Assembly: GCA_963715865.1 (NCBI GenBank) | Contig: OY970280.1 | Coordinates: 2,112,001 to 2,176,000 of the forward strand | Direction: 5' to 3' | From: Candidatus Bathyarchaeota archaeon | GTDB taxonomy: Archaea; Thermoproteota; Bathyarchaeia; Bathyarchaeales; Bathycorpusculaceae | DNA: 64,000 nucleotides | Part shown: positions 61,513 through 64,000 of the stretch, in pieces | How the letters are laid out: each line of letters opens with the position of its first letter | Position numbering within the stretch: position 1 is the stretch's first letter | Notes under the pieces: model-generated | Told to the model about the DNA's origin: nothing | Databases searched by the model: none | Seen by the model: the letters and a program-made list of their open reading frames with translations, nothing else | Made by a program: the position numbers and the translations under genes

Positions 61513-62355
61513 TTAGAGACTCTCTGAATATTCTTTTAATTTATCAAAAAGTTCAGGTCGCAAATCCCTTAAGGTAGGGATAAAGGTCTCTGCAGCTCTT
61601 AAGTCGCTGTAATCTACTTCACAGGTGATAAAGTCTTCTTCGTCATACTTTGCCTTTGCAAGAACGTCTCCAGTTGGGCTAACCAACCTGCTTCCTCCCC
61701 AAAATTGTAAGCCATCCTCAACGCCGGCAAGATTCACGTATGCAAGAAAAGCTGTGTTTTCTAAAGCTCTTGCAGCAGTTAATATTTCAAAGTAGCTCCT
61801 ACGTACAGCAGGCGACGCAGATATGCAAACTATCAGCTGTGCACCTTTCAATCGTGTAAGTCTAAGCACTTCTGGAAAGAAAACGTCATAGCATATGCAT
61901 AAACCTATATTTCCCAAATCAGTTTGGAAGGCAGCTGGTTGATAGCCAAGTCGGAAATATCTTTTCTCTTCGAATACGCTGTGAGTTGGCGGATACATTT
62001 TACGATATTTACCGATTAAACCTTGAGGTCCTACTAAGACTGCAGCGTTAAAGACCGTTGCTTGTGTTTTTTCGCTTAACTCCGGCATCCCAAAAATAAT
62101 ATGCATCCCTGTTTTCTTTGCTAATGCCTCTACTTTCTCAACTGTTGGTCCAGGTATTGTTTCAGCCAACTCATAGATTTGATCCCTGACTACGTAACCA
62201 GTCAACGAAAGCTCAGGGAAAATAACCAGATCCGCCGCTTGCTCCTTGGCTTTAAAGGTCAACTTTTCTATTTTCTGCAGATTCTCATTTTTGCTTTCAC
62301 GTTTGCTGCTTATCTGAGCAAGCGCAAGTTTAATTTTGTCCTTCATGTATTCCAC
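61513..62355 (-). CDS. Carbon-nitrogen hydrolase (nitrilase family), candidate glutaminase partner of NadE
   Basis: FPELSLTGY, YRK and ICYD triad; WGGS. Confidence 0.9.
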   Translation of the reverse strand: MEYMKDKIKLALAQISSKRESKNENLQKIEKLTFKAKEQAADLVIFPELSLTGYVVRDQIYELAETIPGPTVEKVEALAKKTGMHIIFGMPELSEKTQATVFNAAVLVGPQGLIGKYRKMYPPTHSVFEEKRYFRLGYQPAAFQTDLGNIGLCICYDVFFPEVLRLTRLKGAQLIVCISASPAVRRSYFEILTAARALENTAFLAYVNLAGVEDGLQFWGGSRLVSPTGDVLAKAKYDEEDFITCEVDYSDLRAAETFIPTLRDLRPELFDKLKEYSESL

Positions 62356-62358
62356 TTT

Positions 62359-63210
62359 TCAATAAGTATGTCTTGGAAGCCTAAAATCGTTTCCTACTGT
62401 TCTGTATCCAATTTTTGGAGCTATTGGCATTCTTCTTTTGTGTTCATTTGCTAACCATCTGGTCTTTACCTTTTCAACAATAGACTTCTGAATGCTTAGT
62501 TGATTTGCAATCTCTTCAGTAGTCATAAACCGCTCCAGCCCGTAAAGAATGAGGTCTAAGGTTTCATACTTGATGCCGAGTTCGTTTTCTGCAGTTTGGT
62601 TTGGCCAAAGTGCTGGTGTAGATGGTTTTAGCGCGAGTTCTTGTGGGATTCCTAAATGAATTGCGAGTTTGCGAACTTGCGTTTTATATAAATCCATTAT
62701 TGGCGTTATGTCTGCTGCCGCGTCTCCCCACTTTGTGAAGTAGCCCATCATTGTTTCTGATTTGTCAGAGCTTCCGCAAACTATTCTGTTAAGTTTGTTA
62801 GCGTAGTAGTAAAGGTAAATCATTCTAGTTCTTGCTTTAATGTTACCTTTACAAAGTCTATCTGATGGATCAAACACAGGAATAGCCTTGTAAAAGCATC
62901 CTAAAACAGCTGACATATCGCAGATTTGTGTTTCCAATTTGAATTTTTCTGCAACCACCCTAGCGTCATCAATGTCTTTTTGGTTAAACGTTTCCTTTTC
63001 CGGAAGCATAAGCCCTAAAACATGCTCTCCGCCTACTGAGAGACTTGAAAGCGCCGCTGTTGTTCCACTATCAATTCCTCCGGAAAGTCCAAGAACTACA
63101 CCCTTTGCTTGTGCGTTTTCGACGTACTCTTTAATGAAACGGCAAATTCTTTTTTCGGTCTCAGAAAAATCCAAGTCTAACACAGAAGAAGTTAACTTCA
63201 CTTGGCTCAC
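62359..63210 (-). CDS. nadE: NAD+ synthetase (synthetase domain only)
   Basis: GLSGGIDS, GNIKARTRM, SDKSE, GYFTKWGD, KTQV, PSTPALW, HKR. Confidence 0.95.
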   Translation of the reverse strand: MSQVKLTSSVLDLDFSETEKRICRFIKEYVENAQAKGVVLGLSGGIDSGTTAALSSLSVGGEHVLGLMLPEKETFNQKDIDDARVVAEKFKLETQICDMSAVLGCFYKAIPVFDPSDRLCKGNIKARTRMIYLYYYANKLNRIVCGSSDKSETMMGYFTKWGDAAADITPIMDLYKTQVRKLAIHLGIPQELALKPSTPALWPNQTAENELGIKYETLDLILYGLERFMTTEEIANQLSIQKSIVEKVKTRWLANEHKRRMPIAPKIGYRTVGNDFRLPRHTY

Positions 63211-63299
63211 GCAGCCTCATATTCTTGGTTCGTAGGCAAGTATTTAAGGACAAGCATAAATATAATTGAGCATTACCATCGATTTGGAAGGCTGTTATA

Positions 63300-63566
63300 T
63301 TGGGGCGAAGAAGGAAAAAAGTGGTTCACATTCCTAAGAAACGTTTGCCTAAATTCTTCTCTTGCCCTAAATGTGGAAAAGAAACAGTAAGGGTTGAAAT
63401 ATTCAGAGAAGACGGCCACGCTGTTGCACGTTGCAGTAGCTGCGGTCTTAAGGAAGAATTCCCAATTAAACCTGCCCAAGGCGAAGTTGACGTTTACTGC
63501 ACGCTCACCGACCGCGTTTATGGTTCCACAAAAAGAGCAACTGTAACAAACGTAAAAAAAGAGTAA
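63300..63566 (+). CDS. elf1: Transcription elongation factor Elf1 homologue
   Basis: MGRRRKK, FSCPKCG...CSSCG, VDVY. Confidence 0.9.
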   Translation: MGRRRKKVVHIPKKRLPKFFSCPKCGKETVRVEIFREDGHAVARCSSCGLKEEFPIKPAQGEVDVYCTLTDRVYGSTKRATVTNVKKE

Positions 63567-63582
63567 TTGAAGGATTGCTGGT

Positions 63583-64000
63583 ATGGTAGGGCCTGTCGAG
63601 AAGTACTTGCTCGAAAAAATAAAGACCCAAGGTTCAATCCACATAACTCTTGTTGATCCAGAAAAAATATCAGCCTCAGATGCTTCGCGTATTGCTGAAA
63701 ACTCTGAAAATAGCGGAACCTCCGCCATTATGATTGGAGGCTCAACTTTTGTTTCTCAAGCTCACCTTGACGATGTGGTAAAAGCCATTAAGTCCACTGT
63801 AAATATTCCCGCAATACTTTTCCCAAACAATATAACTGGAATAAGCAGCCACGCAGACGCCATATGGTTCATGTCACTTTTAAATTCGGTTGATCCTTAC
63901 TTTCTTATTGGCGCCCAGATTCTTGGAGCTCCACTCGTTAAAAAGTATGGTTTAGAACCAATTTCTATGGGCTACATTATTGTAGGCGAAGGTGGCACTG
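63583..64000 (+). CDS. Geranylgeranylglyceryl phosphate synthase (partial, runs off the window)
   Basis: HITLVDPEK, IMIGGST, ILFP, ADAIWFMSLLNS, MGYIIV. Confidence 0.92.
   Translation, partial: MVGPVEKYLLEKIKTQGSIHITLVDPEKISASDASRIAENSENSGTSAIMIGGSTFVSQAHLDDVVKAIKSTVNIPAILFPNNITGISSHADAIWFMSLLNSVDPYFLIGAQILGAPLVKKYGLEPISMGYIIVGEGGT

Noticed and set aside
335-63728. Numerous short antisense or overlapping ORFs in the track (e.g. 1767-2117, 7133-7522, 23715-24221, 29419-29727, 50040-50438, 63273-63728)
   Set aside because: They are shadows of well-supported genes on the other strand or frame and carry no recognisable motifs

Overview
This is an archaeal chromosomal window, most likely Bathyarchaeia. 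That is an inference from the gene mix: PolD DP1, Orc1/Cdc6, Elf1, Fae-Hps, tungsten AOR, a MEDS histidine kinase, class I LysRS and GGGP synthase. It is mostly core genome. It holds the S6e-aIF2gamma-PIN-Rpo7-Spt4-dPCK-S24e-S27ae superoperon, the L3-L4-L23-L2-S19 operon, three tRNAs (Arg-GCG, Glu-TTC, intron-containing Ser-CGA) and a replication origin with three ORB boxes next to cdc6. The first ~16 kb has many single-base frameshifts, including in essential genes (lysS, tmk), which most likely are assembly indels. The standout observation is a compact H-type pseudoknot at 31310-31345, directly upstream of a QueT-family transporter. It reproduces the class I preQ1 riboswitch aptamer and overlaps the archaeal Shine-Dalgarno, making it a candidate archaeal 7-deazaguanine (preQ0/preQ1) translational riboswitch. 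Second is an origin-proximal module: a wHTH protein, a NurA/HerA pair without Mre11/Rad50, a membrane-anchored coiled-coil wHTH protein and a second HTH protein, flanked by dense TCAC/GTGA repeat arrays. This is a candidate chromosome tethering/segregation system. Other points of interest are an HTH-Fae-Hps fusion, a Cys-sensor/AhbD-like radical SAM fusion, a DPM2-like membrane protein and a kinase-PHP-APH cluster. No database searches were run; family calls rest on motifs recognised by eye.
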